From assembly GCA_949358305.1 (NCBI GenBank), contig OX442314.1, positions 13,392,001-13,456,000 on the forward strand: 64,000 bases of DNA. The letters run 5' to 3'. Origin of the DNA: Strigamia acuminata. Lineage: Eukaryota. Both the position numbers and the translations under genes were made by a program. Under the pieces are notes generated by a model. That model saw only the letters and a program-made list of their open reading frames with translations, was not told the DNA's origin and ran no database searches. Below are positions 25,256 to 39,200 of this stretch, piece by piece (the stretch's first letter is position 1; each line of letters starts with the position of its first letter).

Positions 25256-26055
25256 TGATACACAAGTTGCAAACTGTGAAATTACAACAATTTCAATTAA
25301 CAACACAGAAAATTCGCCCGACCGAATGTGTTTTTATTTTAATATCTTAAATAATTTTAATATCATTTTCATTTTCGGCGTTAATATTAATGACCAATTG
25401 GGTTTTTATTTCAATTTTGTCTCTTTAAAAACAGGGCGAAAACGACAAATTACACTTTTATTTTTAAAAACATCATTGTATATTTGTAAATTGTAATGCA
25501 ACTGGTCAGTGTACACTACCAAAATTGAATGTTTCCTTTAAGTAATATTAAAACATGTTGATTGTTTAGTACCGTACCTGTTAATTTCTTTCACACAGTT
25601 CCGTGAGTGAACAAAATAAATGTTATTATTTCCTCATTATCTGTACACGAGCTTTGAATACAGGCATTCGTGCATAGAGATAAAAGAATTAAAATATTAC
25701 ATCAAAAAAATATTAGTTTCTGATTACAATAGCTCGAATAATTACCGCTCAATATCATATAAAACGTTTTCCAACTAAAAACATAATACACCAAAATTAT
25801 ACACGCTTTTCAATGGATATTGTATATATTTTTTGGATATAAATGGTAACTAAAAAGAGAACAGCCTCGCTTCGCCACACTTCCAGGCTGATGATTTTAA
25901 ATTCAAAATCATCTTTCAAAAACCTTCCCTCACAGTTCAAATTCAACTGAAAAATTCTGCAACCGGAATTTAAAAACATCTTAACGCTAATTGTGCATCC
26001 AACAATTATTTATTTCAATATTTGCTTATTTGCTTACCGTCTACTTGATAGTTTT

Positions 26056-29000
26056 TCATAAAGAAGTCACTTCTCTCGACGTAGAAGATATTGTAGACGA
26101 TAAATACATTGTACACTCTTCAGCCACTTGATCACATTGCGACTCGTAATCGCGTTGTAATTTGTCAAACGCCTAAAATATCAGTTTACGAGTCTTTTTA
26201 TTTATTACTTTTTAAATTAATTAAAACTCACTTTCGTTTTTTCTTCCTCGAGTTTCACTCGAACAAGCTCATGTTGCGCTTCCAAGTCTTTCTGCTTCTT
26301 TTTAAATATTTCGTTCAACTAGAAAAGAATTTTTACAGTTTTAATATTAAAAAAAACCTTTTTAAAATGTTGAGTTTTAAATTTTACCTTTGATATTTCG
26401 TTAACCGCTTGATCAATGTGTCGTTGACGAATCTCCCGCCGCATTCTGTTTAAATTATTTTTAAGTAAATTCGGAATAACTCGGCGCCATTTTGTAGGCT
26501 TACCTTGCCAATTCATTTTTGTCGCGAGGATTCTTTTTGAGCGTTTTAATTTCCTCTGCCCTCACTGTGTCTAATCGTTTCATTAACTCGGTTTTTTCAC
26601 TACATAAACGTTAAAATTTTATTTAATACAAAAATCAATTCTAATTGTATAAATAAATATACTTTTCGTTTAGTATTTGCAATTCTTTCATTTGACCCGC
26701 TTGAGAAGCGACCATAGCTTTTTCATACGCATTATGCAACTGAAATTTGATAAACAAAACGGTAAAGATACTATTTTAATCGCTACCTGTTTATTTCAAA
26801 CTCACTGGTTCGTGATATTTTTCCCGCAGTTCAAGTTCCGCTTTATGCAGATCTCTAAACAAACTAATTAACGTTTCAGAGTGACTTCGTTGTAATTCCT
26901 GTAGCTAAAAAAACCAAAAAAGTCGACAGAAATCCATAAAATTAATAAAAATAAAATAAAATAAAATAAATCATAATCAAATTTATCTCACTTTGCTTGC
27001 CTGATCTACACTAACTTCGCTGAACTCATCAGTTTGGGGTTTTTGAGCTGCTACGTCACTACAAACGAAAACAAAATGTTAAATCTAAATTTAAAAAAAA
27101 TAAAAAACAATTAAATTCAACTCAAATAAAAATCTCATTATTTATACATCAACACAACAAAATACAAAAACCCAATCTCCAAAATGCAACAACGACAATA
27201 AAACTGAAATATAAAAATATGAATAAATTAAATAAAAATGAATAAATACATAATTGCAGGCATAAATTCAAAAATTTACAAATTCAAAAAAAAAAAAATC
27301 ATAGACTGGTGGATCAAATCCTACATGCCCAACTGTAACCATGCAATAATTCCATCACCGCCGAAACACCTGCAGCAGGTGTAAATTCATGCTGTCCGCC
27401 ACCAGACGACACAGACATTGACCTACTCACAATGCCTCTTTGGATTCTGGCGGTGGAAGATGCCTGCGAAAACGTTTAGTAAACATGTGAGCGTACACAT
27501 TGGTTTTGCTGAGTTTCTTGAAAAGGCGAGACGGGGTTTTCGCCAATGTAGATTTTTTTTCCTGCGATCCTTGAGCGAGTTTCTCTTCCCTCTGCATCTT
27601 TATCTCTTGTTCCCGAGTTACAGCCTGAAATTTAAAAGAATTAAAAACCAAAAAAAAATAAAATAAATAAAATAAAATAAAATAAAACCTTGTCATGTTT
27701 CTTCTGCAGAGCTTGCAAATCCTTCTCCAATTTTGTCATGACATTCTGCACTAATTTCGATTCCTTTTTGATTTTCTCCAACGTTTCTGCGACTATCGGT
27801 ATCTCCGCTATATCTGCCAAAAGAAATTATTTCTATTTTAAAAACCATTAATTTAATATTTAAATGTAATATTTATATACCTGCTGCCGCTGCTCCCTGA
27901 TCGGATGACGAGTCCTTCGCGCCGCTCGCTGGCGGGACACTCGTTCGAGGCGAACCCGACTTGCCTAGAAAACACAAAATAACAATTAGAAATATTTACA
28001 AAAACCGATTAAATGACTGAATACCGCCGGTATCCTGTCGCTTGAGACCACCGGGCGATGCAGCCTGTTGCATCAACATGCCAACGCCATCTTTCGGGCT
28101 GCTCGAGTACTCAAAAGAACTATTGGATTGTACGACTGTTTTCACGGGGGTTTGTGGCCCGCCCGATTTCGTGGAAGGAGAGCCTTGAGGTCTATCGGTT
28201 TGATCCTCATCAAAATCGTCGGTGAGTGCACTCAGTTGTTGGGCTCTTTTTTCTTTTTCTGAGTGATATTTGATGGGGTTTGCCAGTGCATCGGCGATAC
28301 CTAAAATTATTGCATAAAATCAATTTAAAGTGAGTCGAATTATTCAACTAAAAGTCGCTTTAATACCAGATAATTGATCTGGAACATAATCCTTGACAAC
28401 AATGTGAACAAATATGCAAGGTAGCATGAGAGGTTGGCCAGATTCATTTCGGAGATTGATGTGTCTGAAACCTGGCCTGAGTCCAACAAAGGGCAAAATT
28501 CGGTGACCGATTAATTTACCACCTTCCTCATACACTGCAACTCGAATTACAGCCAATTCTGGAAGCACGACCTTGAAAAAAATAATAAAATCAATAAAAA
28601 TAATAAAAATAAAAATTATGGACCATTACTTTATTTAATTCGAATGGTTCTTCGTCGTAAACAGGATTTATTCCATTCGCCGGAACAACTTTTGTACGAA
28701 ACTTTTTGCGACAAGTGTCAGCCGGAAGACCGTACGTCTCGACTTCCACATACGTTCCCACTCGCTTATCCGTGAGGAATTGACCGGAGATGATCTGAAA
28801 ATGCAACAAATGTGTTCGCACAATTCATCTTTGTGATTTACTGAATAATTTATCACCTTAACGTGCAAAGCGCCAGCTATTATACCGTCGACCGTGGACT
28901 CTGCGAAAGGGTCAAACTTCCTATCTGTTCGCCTCATAAAATCCGGCTTTAACAAGTAACCGCTTCTCCCATTGTACTCAAATATTCCCAAATTCAATTG

Positions 29001-30222
29001 CAAGGCCAAATCTGTTCGAAAAAATATTTTAAAAATATTTAAAAACTCAAATCTTTTCACCATTTTTATTAGTTTTTACCCATTGATTGAAAATTTAGTG
29101 CAACTAGTTGACAACCAGCATTCCAAAACACCTAAAAAAAATAATAAAAACAATATTTAACACAAATTTTTATACAATTATTTTTCTTCATTCATACCTG
29201 CGGCATATAATTACTTGAATCCACTCTTGTTCCTTTTGGATATATCCTGCTCAGCTGTCGCTTATTATAACTGCAATTTCAAATTTAAAAACTCCCACCA
29301 ACCACTAAAAAGGCAAAAACTGGACTTACTTGACAAATTCTACTGGATGTTCTTTTAATAAAGCAGTAGCAGCAGTTTCCACGAAAGACGAGATCTCGTA
29401 ACTTCGATTACGCTCTGCCAAACAAGTTCAAACATTCTTTTTATCGCTCATTACAACGTACTTGAAGGCCACCAGAAGCCGGCACGTACTTTCAGACACT
29501 TCGAATCCGTGGAAATGCACTGGCTGTATGTAGTTGACCAACGCTGAGAGCTCGGCACCTGCTTCCGATTCTTGAGAAGCTGTCCCTTGCTGCCAAATAG
29601 TAGGGCATCTGCTATAGCGATAAATTGCACTATATGTATCCAAAGGGTCCCAGTAATAATAAATGTACCTCTTGCTCGGCAGTATCGCGTTGATCATCTA
29701 CACATGAACCTTCATCCTCATCTTCCGTTTCCGAAGATGAATCTGAATCTTTCAGAACACCGTTCGAAGCCAATATCAATTCGTCCCCATTAAGCGCCGG
29801 TTCGCCGCCGCTGTCCTTGCTGTTCGTCTTTTGCAGTCGTGGAACGTCGGGTTTGTCGCTGCTCACGCTTCCGCCTCCGCTAATCGAAATGGCTCCCGCT
29901 GAGGCCGTAGATAACTTTTTATCATCCACACCTAGAATATAAACGCTCGTTAGAATTCAAACGACGAATTTACCGAATCATTAGAACCTCTATGGTAGTG
30001 TTTCTTCTTGTTTTTAACTATAATTTTCCTTAACAAATTGTTAGGGGATGGTAATGGAATCCCAGGAGCTAACTAAAAGATTACATTTTTTAAATATTAA
30101 TATTAATTCCTCACGGTTCAATCAATGAGTACCGGATGTGTTGCGAACGGCTCCGAAAGAAGACAATCTCCGAAAAGCTTGGCGCAATAAGTAGCCATTT
30201 TAGCTTGTTGTTTGGCTCTGAT

Positions 30223-30266
<44 letters not shown>

Positions 30267-33200
30267 AATTTTAAAAATATTTTTTTTAATTTATTTTCTA
30301 ATTTTTAGCTTACGAGCAATGATTTTCAAAAGAAAGAATAACTGGATATTCCGAAGTTTTGAATGCACTATCAGCAATGGCCTCTGCAACTTCCTGCAAA
30401 AAAGTCAATAAAATTATTTTTTATTACATTTATTTTTTATAGTCGCATTGGAATTCAATAAAGCCGTACTGTACCTTAAAACTTATCTCTGTAACGACCG
30501 TATATCCGTGCGTGATGATTGGTTCTTCTTCTGAAGTTCTTCCATTCCAACAGTCCAGTTCTATACATCGACAACCTGACAGCAGACTTTGTCGATACAT
30601 TTCGACAGAAGATTTTCCAGTCAGTTGATGGCCTGTAATAAAAATGACCGAACAAGTAATGTCGTGCGAGAGTTAGGCAGCTCAAACATTCAAACATGCG
30701 CGTCAAAATGACGGACAGACGAATATTAAACACGTAAATCACCTGTCAAATATGTGTTATGCGATGAATTTATGAAGTAATGCGCAAGAGGTTGGTTCAT
30801 ATCAGCATTCAAATCCACTTTTTCAGGCGCTACTATAGCATTATCATCACTCATTAAATATCTCATAAAACCATCCGCACTTAAAAAACCTGAAATTAAT
30901 ATAAATTAAAAATAAAACTCCTTCATTCCTAATAAAACACAAATTTCAGTTAAGATTTAAAACATGGCGGAGTCAACAATTCCAGTTTAGTTGTGAATTG
31001 AAATTTACGTCGAGAAAGTTCGTCTAATTAGGTTCACAAGTATGCTGGGATTGGCGCAACAAGTTTTTGTAGGCGTTTTCTTACCCTTTGCAGCTAACGA
31101 TTTATTCGGTTCATATTGAATGATGATGTCCCTGGCTCTCGGGATCGTGACGTACGGATAGAGAATCTCGTTGAGTCGTGGATCCCGCTGTTCGTGATTA
31201 ACAAACTGCACTAATTGCTCTGCAGTAAGGTGATTACTTTTCTTCTTCGAGCCTCCACATCTGAAAGAAAATTAATAAAGCGTGTTATTTGATTCGTCAG
31301 CTTAAAACTAAATAGCTGACCCGACACAATTGTATGTGTTCCATCATCATCATCGATTTACCCAGCAACAAAAAAACAAATACAAGTAACAAACAATTAA
31401 TTAATAACTTACAATCTGTCAAAAATTCTATCCACTTCCTGCCTCACGGTTAAATTCCTATAAAAGTTTTGAAAATCTTCAAACGTAAATTTACTAGGGT
31501 TGAGATGTTCCGTCTATTGAAAGTCAAAAATCAAAAATAATCAAATTTTTTAAATATTTTATTAAATTACTTTTGACGCCGGAAGTCCGGATTGTTCCAA
31601 AGCATTCTCCACTCGTTTTTTATCATCACGGTTTTGAGCAAAAATCTTCATGACACTGTGAAAGAAAACAAACATGATTGATGGCGAACATGAGCATTCA
31701 TCACTTTTAAAAACTATTGTCGATCATCTCAGACAAAAATATTATTTTCCTTCACAAATCAGACGCAAAAAAAAATAAAAATTTCTCCATGCCCGACCGA
31801 ACCCGTAATGAAAATACATTATTTTTATTCTCGCCCTAAAAAAACCATATTGCACAACTAAAATTTCGTGATAGCTAAAGAAAAATAATAAGAGTGAACT
31901 GAGCTGAAAGCAAATCAATATTGCCAGCAAATCGTTCGAGTAACAAGTGCAACATGCGACCGGGCGACTCTGCAATGCTCTTAATATGGCAAACTGAGTG
32001 AAATGTGATACTGTGCGGTTGTAATGTAATATTTCATTAAAGACACAACGGTAAAGTCCAGCTCGTTCAATCCATCCACATTTAACTCGATTTTGCTTAC
32101 ATTTACGCCCATTTCTAATTATCTTTCGGTCTAACCACACAATGGCCAAACTTTCCTTTTAATGCCAATTTAATTTGAATAGGCTTAAAGCCGCCATTGC
32201 TGTAATGAAAAGCGCATTGCCGTCTGCAATCCTCTCTTTATATTTATTTAAAGAATAAAAATAAAAAATATATTTAATTAGGACTGATTTTTTTTCTTTT
32301 TTAAATTCTATGTTTGTTTTTCTCGCTAAAGATAACATTCCAAATTGATTTTCCAGTCGTTGCAGATTTTAAAGAAAACGTGAAGCATATATCGCTCGAA
32401 ATATCGACACCATAAAAGCAATATTAAAAAAAAAAATAATGTTATCATCTGACAAATAAAAAAAAATTGATGTTTTCCAAACGGACATAAAATCTTTAGA
32501 TTCTATCACATTTGGCACCGAAGTGATGTTTCCGAATTCACATAAATACATCTACCGGCACATCTTGTTTATCTAACACCAAACAACAGCAACCCGAAAG
32601 TAGCAGTCACAGATAGTTGTTTGGTGTAAATGACACATTGAATGATGTGTTATTGTAACCCACAATTTGCCTTTAGACGCGCTCTAGTTTTTCTACAGCG
32701 AGTCCTGTTTGTCGAAGAATTAAGCGCCATCTGTGTTTAGATAAGCCTAAAGACCTTTGTTATCAGTAGACGAGTGAAAATGTGTCCAAATGTCCCCAAA
32801 ATTTCTTTAAAGAATATTTATATACACTTATATCTTCCATCCCCAAATGTGAAAACTAATGTTTCACCACTACTGTCTACCTCTGTAAATAAAACACTAT
32901 TTCGCTTGCCGCCATCTTTTATACTCAACACCTGCACTTCAGCGCTTTTATCACATCTGATTTGATACACATCACTCCAAAAAAAAAGCAAAACAGATGT
33001 TTCCACAACTCTGCATGCATGAATAGCAAATGCTATTGTATTTATGGCATTTCTGTATACATCTAAATGTTGTATTTCTCATTTAAAACGCATTTTCCTG
33101 CATTTTCAAAACATTTTATGAATAAATCCCATTACACATCATCACTTTTCCTCTAAAAAAAAAATTCCTGTTAATAAAGCTCTCGTGCCCATTAATCATT

Positions 33201-36200
33201 GCGAGTGAAAAACACACGAAATCACCTGGCAACATTCCAAACCGCCCGAAAAAACAAGCAAGAAAACAAACACGAAGAATCAAAACCCCTTTTTCTCGTT
33301 CGAAAATCCAGTTCTGTTTTATTGGCGCTTACAAATGGCAGCGCCGGCAATATTCAACGTTCCAAAGGGTTCAGGTAAGACACATTCAAAGCATCCATCC
33401 ATCGTCCGCCTCCTCTCTCTCTCACCCCACGTGCTGTAGTTAAGATGTGCCATCCGGGAGAGACGCATCCATTCGGCAAGTTCTTTTGCAATGCACTTGC
33501 GCACGACTCTGACCTTATTGAATTACCTTGAGCTTTTCACCTGCGCTTTATTTCACGACGGCGCGGTGAAATACCTTCCGTTGCCACTTGTCTCAGTCGC
33601 ACTAACAAACATTACTGCGAATCGTTTGTCGCAATCATCCTCCCCCATTCTACAGGAAGTTGATCTAACAAACATAAAAATTAAAAGCTGCACGGTGCCG
33701 TGTGAAATTGGAGTGTTTAAAGTCTTCTGTTAAGTAAATATAAACAGGGTTTCCGAAAGCAGTAAATCTACAAATTTAAGTGCATTCGTTTATAATAAAA
33801 AAAAATTAAAAAAAATTAACCGGATTTTCGAATAGCTAAGTGACAAGTTCGTTGTATAAACAAACCAGTTAGTGTTTACGTGGAATTTAAATGGGAAGGA
33901 AAGCACTCTCTTTTCTTTTAACCATATTAAGAATGGAGTGAAAATAGGCATAAAATTTCAAACTTTTCTAATGGTAAACAACATTTATTGCAATGTTGTA
34001 CGCGGTGATATCCAATGTAGCAGTGACGAGCTGTAATCCGATCAAATTGAATAAAAACAAAAAGTTAAGACAAATGAAATGAGTAAAAATGAAACAAGTG
34101 AAATCCCCTTATGAGGCAAGATAAAATTCTCTGCCAACTCGAATTTTCAAACGTGTCGAAACTAATAGGATGAAAGCAAGGTCGCAATTTTCCAGTAAAA
34201 GGATTTATAATTCCTTTTTTAACTTGTTAGAAATATAAAGATTTTTTTTTTATATTTGAGCTTAATTTCGATTCATTTAACCCCAGATTTTTTTTTATTT
34301 ATGAAATAAACAGCCAGATGGTGTTTTCTCACTGCACTTTCTGGTAATATACCCATAAATTTATACAAAAAAATTATAAATTTGATTTTAAAGCTGGAGT
34401 TTAAGCAGATATTGATTTATTGCTTTGATAAAATGTTAATTTCACACAAATTCCGCCTTTTATTGCCATAAATTACAATTTTTCAATGCATCACTTGTGA
34501 AATTTGATGAATTTGGACTGAAAGAACTTGAACATCTTTGCTAAAACCTCACCTAAGTTTCAAGTGATTCAAGTACCATCAGATAAGACTTGAAGAGTGC
34601 TAATAAAAATAGCATTAAGGGTAAAACGAGAGAAAAATTTACATTTCGTGTTGTTTCCACACACAAGAAAGCCCCTCAAACAAATAAAAGTTTACAGAAA
34701 AAAAAATCACTTTCAAAGTCAATTTAACGTAAACAAAACCATTTCTAATACTTGAAAGGAAATTTAGAAGCACAACGGCTTTCGAGACCTCGAGTGAAAG
34801 ACTAAAATTGTCTTTTAATTGGAAACGAATAGTTGAAATTAATGAGAAAGACGAAATTAATTGAAATGCCAACTAGTCATTAACAACTATTCGCCTATTC
34901 ATTTATTCATACAATTCATAAGATTCAAACATTGTAATGCATTTTCAACAATTTAATTACCAAAAAACGAGGTCGAAATATTCACCAGAAAATCCCATAT
35001 TATCGTTTGTATTTCTGGTGGTATTTTCCAATTCCAATCCTTTAATTTCATTCGAATTTCTGTGAAATTATTGATTTTTCCCCACGAGTACCACCATAGC
35101 GCCTCCCTGGCGACAAAATTAAAAACCACAACAAAGGCAATCTTTTAAATTCCACAAACAACATTCGATCAATAAGCAATCAAAATTGAACGTCGAAATA
35201 ACAATTTCGTTACTATGAAATAACATGTGGGTTCTGAGTAAACTAAAAATCCAAGAAAACAAAGAAAACCCTTTCACTTCTGCCTCCATTGTGTTGTATA
35301 TATTTTTTTAAAGACGGCCATCACATGATTCAAAAGAGTGAACATTCACGTGTCAAATAAAAGAAAGCTTCCTGCAGAGATGCTTAGAAAGTTTGCTTCG
35401 CTGAAATATGCATTTTAAAGCATTAGAAGAAGAAAAAAAAAAGCACACTTTTATTTTTTTAATTTAAAATTTAAATTTTTGACATGTTTTAACTTCGGCT
35501 GCGTACATTTTTTTGTTTACAGAATGTTGATAATATTTTAATGGCGTTAAAATAAATCAATACACAAGCGGGGGAGGAAAAATCACTTATTAAAGGTTAA
35601 GTTAATTAAGTGAAAGAAGAGAGAATTAATTAGTTCTTATAAGGTTTAATTTACAAAACAGTGACCAGTAAATTGTTTATATTAGTCTTGAAATCGACTT
35701 TAATTATAATTAAAGTCGATTTCAAGACTAACGACGTCTTGATGAAAATTCGATTAAGTAGCGAATAATGGATTGCGCTTTTCGAATAATATTGCGTTTT
35801 CTAAATTCAGTTTGACCGTAATCGATGCGACTCTAACTCCCGAGAGTTGCAAGTTTAATAAAATTTCAACCCGCAGTTTTAAAGCTGAATCTCGCCCCAA
35901 ATCTAATCTAACCAACATCGTAGCAATTAAATAACATGTCTAACTTGCCATCAAACATGTTTTGTTGTGCGCATGCCCATTGCGACTGAAAACAACTAAA
36001 CCGATTGCCATTTTGCATTCTGGGTAATTTACATGAAAATGGGTAACACATTTACCATGTTTTCATGTACTCACTTATCTAGATAAGTGATAATGCAAAT
36101 TTTACTTTTCTAGAAAACTGATCATGTAAACAAATCAGTTTTCCAGAAAAGTCAAACTTATCTGGAAAACTAAAATCCACTTGTTTCAGGTAGATTTTGG

Positions 36201-39200
36201 GTGTTTTGCGCATTGCCATTTGCAATGTAAACACCCACTCATTGCTTATCTAGATAAGCTGACGTCACAACAACGCTGTAATGCAACTGTTTAAAAACAT
36301 GGCGGCAAAATGGAGCGAGCACAGTGCTCGCAATGTTACAATGAATATTGTTACATGGGAAACACCAACGAAACAAAACAATATTTTCCGAGGTTGGCAG
36401 GAAGACATATTGTTTATGCACAGTGCATTGTGGATGATTAATGCGCAAGTTTAACAGAGTTAAATACGTCATATAACGTCACATTTTTTGGAAAACTGAT
36501 TCTTTGTAAACACATGCAGTTATCTAGATAAGTAAAAAAGTAAAAATTCGCATTTTTACTTATCTAGATAACTGGTAACATGTAAACATGGTAATTGTTA
36601 ACTATACGTGTTATCATAGCAACACTACAATAGCATAACAATCAATTAATGTAAACTCATATTAATTGTCCCATTCAAAATACAATAGGTGCGTTCAATT
36701 CTAAATGGTTTTCCCCGTTTTCGTCGTTTTCCTCGTTTTCGTCGTTTTCCCACACCGGATGTAGATGCATTTGACGTCACATTTCGGAAATCGGTTTTCC
36801 TGAAAACCGTTTTCATGAAAACCAGAAAATCGTTTTCCCGGGGCGCCATTTTGTAATCGAATAAATCGTCGGTGGAAACACGCACAAAAATTTAGGTTTA
36901 TTGAATTTATTAGTATAATTATTATGCCTTTAAGAACGATCGAATGCGGCCAATTTTCGGCCGCATTTGCGCGTCGAATGTGGCCAAATTTTCGGCCGCA
37001 TTTGCGCGATCGAAAGCTACCGATTTTGGCCAGATCTGTGCTCAATGTTGAAAACCGTTTTCATCGTTTTCGGAAAACGATGAAAAACGGTTTTTGAAAG
37101 CTATTTTAGAATTGAATGCACCTATTTATCATCAACTAAAATATGAGGTAATAACAAAAAGAGATACATTAAAATCGAGAGAAGCAGTTTAAGAAAACAG
37201 TTGTTTAGTCTAAATTACTTTGTGAATGCGCCTGTAGTAATTTTTCATAAAAGGAAGAAAAAAACATTAAAAGGGACAACCAAGTTTGATCGACATACCG
37301 CAAAATTGACGTTTTTACGAGTTAAATTGATGGAGGAAAAAAAGGTGAAATATTAAAATAGATCCTTTATGTAAAGGTCAAACACCCCAAATTGAAAAAC
37401 CGACTTATCTTCGCCGGTTCTCAGACCCCCAAAAGCACATAAAAACAGGAAACTGCAACAACGTGCTGCCAATGTGAGTGAATGGCAGAATGCCAAAATA
37501 TAAACGCCAGCAACGGCAAAACCTTGGTCTGGTTCCATTCTAATTTCCTGACGACAGAGAGCGAAAAAACAGAGCTTGTCACCATTAAGGTTCATTGGAA
37601 AAACAAGAGAAGAAAAATCCCACAAATTAAATTCAATGATTGGAGTTTTTTTTCGTGTTTCTTAAGATAAAAAAAGATCAAATGCCGAGAGCTTCGGGGT
37701 TGTCTCCGCATAATTCACACATCCGTGCCTTTTTTAGACGAATGACAATTCGCTTTCTGCATAGTAAATAGGGAAAAAGAAGTCGCTTTCCATAACCAAC
37801 TCAGACGTGCGACCAAAAAATAGAACAAATTTGTTCATGCAAAAGAGCACGTGCAGTAACTTTGCTTTTTGCCTTTTGTAGAAACTTTTCTGTTTTTTTT
37901 CTCTCACGTCCAAATGTAATCCTCAAAGGACTGTGCGCGGTATCAATGATAAATCCAAACCGACGATTTTTGGATCAGTCAATAAGTTCATTCAAAGTTT
38001 TTGCCAAAATCAAAGTGAAAAATGCCTGTCTGCGCACATCAACAACGATTAAATAATTTTTAGAAAGAATACTTGGTAATGGCACTATTCACTTGTGTGC
38101 ATAAACGATTTTAGATTTTTGTGCTTTCGTGTGCAAAAAATAGAAATGTTTGAATTTGGTGCAGACTATATTTTCTCTTATTCTCTAGTAAAGAGCGGGG
38201 ACAATTTACAATCTGTAAGCAGTGCGCGGGTTTCTGTTGTAGTTCGGGACATTATAATAGAGTAAAATTTGTATTTTTAATGAAAAATTTGAGAAGATTT
38301 TGAATTTGTAACGAAAAATTGAGATTTTACATGACTTTTTAATAAAGTTTTTCCATTTACCTGAAATTAATGCAAGACTGCAACCTTCCAATAAAGCGCA
38401 GTAGGAAAAAAATTCATTTTGCCAATAATGCGCGGGTGCACAATTAAAGAAAATACGGTAAATATTATTTTTTTATGTTTCTGTAAACAGCAAAAACAAA
38501 AATACCTAAATAACGAGATTATTTCGCTTTTGTGTGTTTATAATTAAGTTTTTGAGTTTATACGAGTAGAATTTCTGGTGGATGGATGCTTCACCTGGAA
38601 GCGCCATAACAATTGGCAGCCATTTTAAATATGGCTGCAAAAGTAAAAACCAAAACCAAGCATCAACCACTAAGACAAACCACTCCAATTGTGATTTCTC
38701 TTTTTCCAGTTTTTGATGATAGTTTGTGGCTGTTTGTGGTGTCCACTCCATTTCCCGTTAGAAGCAAAAACATGTACTTAGTGTTCCGCTTTTCTTGTAA
38801 AAAACGCATTTTTTTTCAGCATGACTTTGTGGAATCAAGATACTGCGTTGAACACCCGTTCTATTGTGCTTTTTCTCTATTATTTTTTTTCTATTCTAAT
38901 TTTCTGGACGTCTGAATACATGAGATTAGAAGTTTTACCACTGCTCGAAGAGATAAGTGAGCAAAAAGCCGACATTTCCCACTTGTACATTTTTTTGAAA
39001 CATCGATTAAAACGTACAATTATTCAACGGTTTTCCTCGTGCTAAATGGGAGAAAATTCCCGAGCTTAGCACAACGATAAAAGTATAAAGTTGAAGAGCA
39101 ATTCCTACGATATATAAAGGAAAATTGAACATCGGTTCTGTTTATTGCGCTCGTCAAATTAGTTTGAAGTCGTTGAAAAAAATTTAAAGCCTTCGGGTTT

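Noticed and set aside
30950..31023. Possible 15-nt microexon (DELSR) in a Plc21C-like intron
   Set aside because: Poor polypyrimidine tract, and the flanking exons join without it in agreement with the paralog.
33357..33401. Peptide NVSYLN on - matching the exon at ~45965-45982
   Set aside because: No further similarity, a stop follows, and splice sites do not fit; probably chance.
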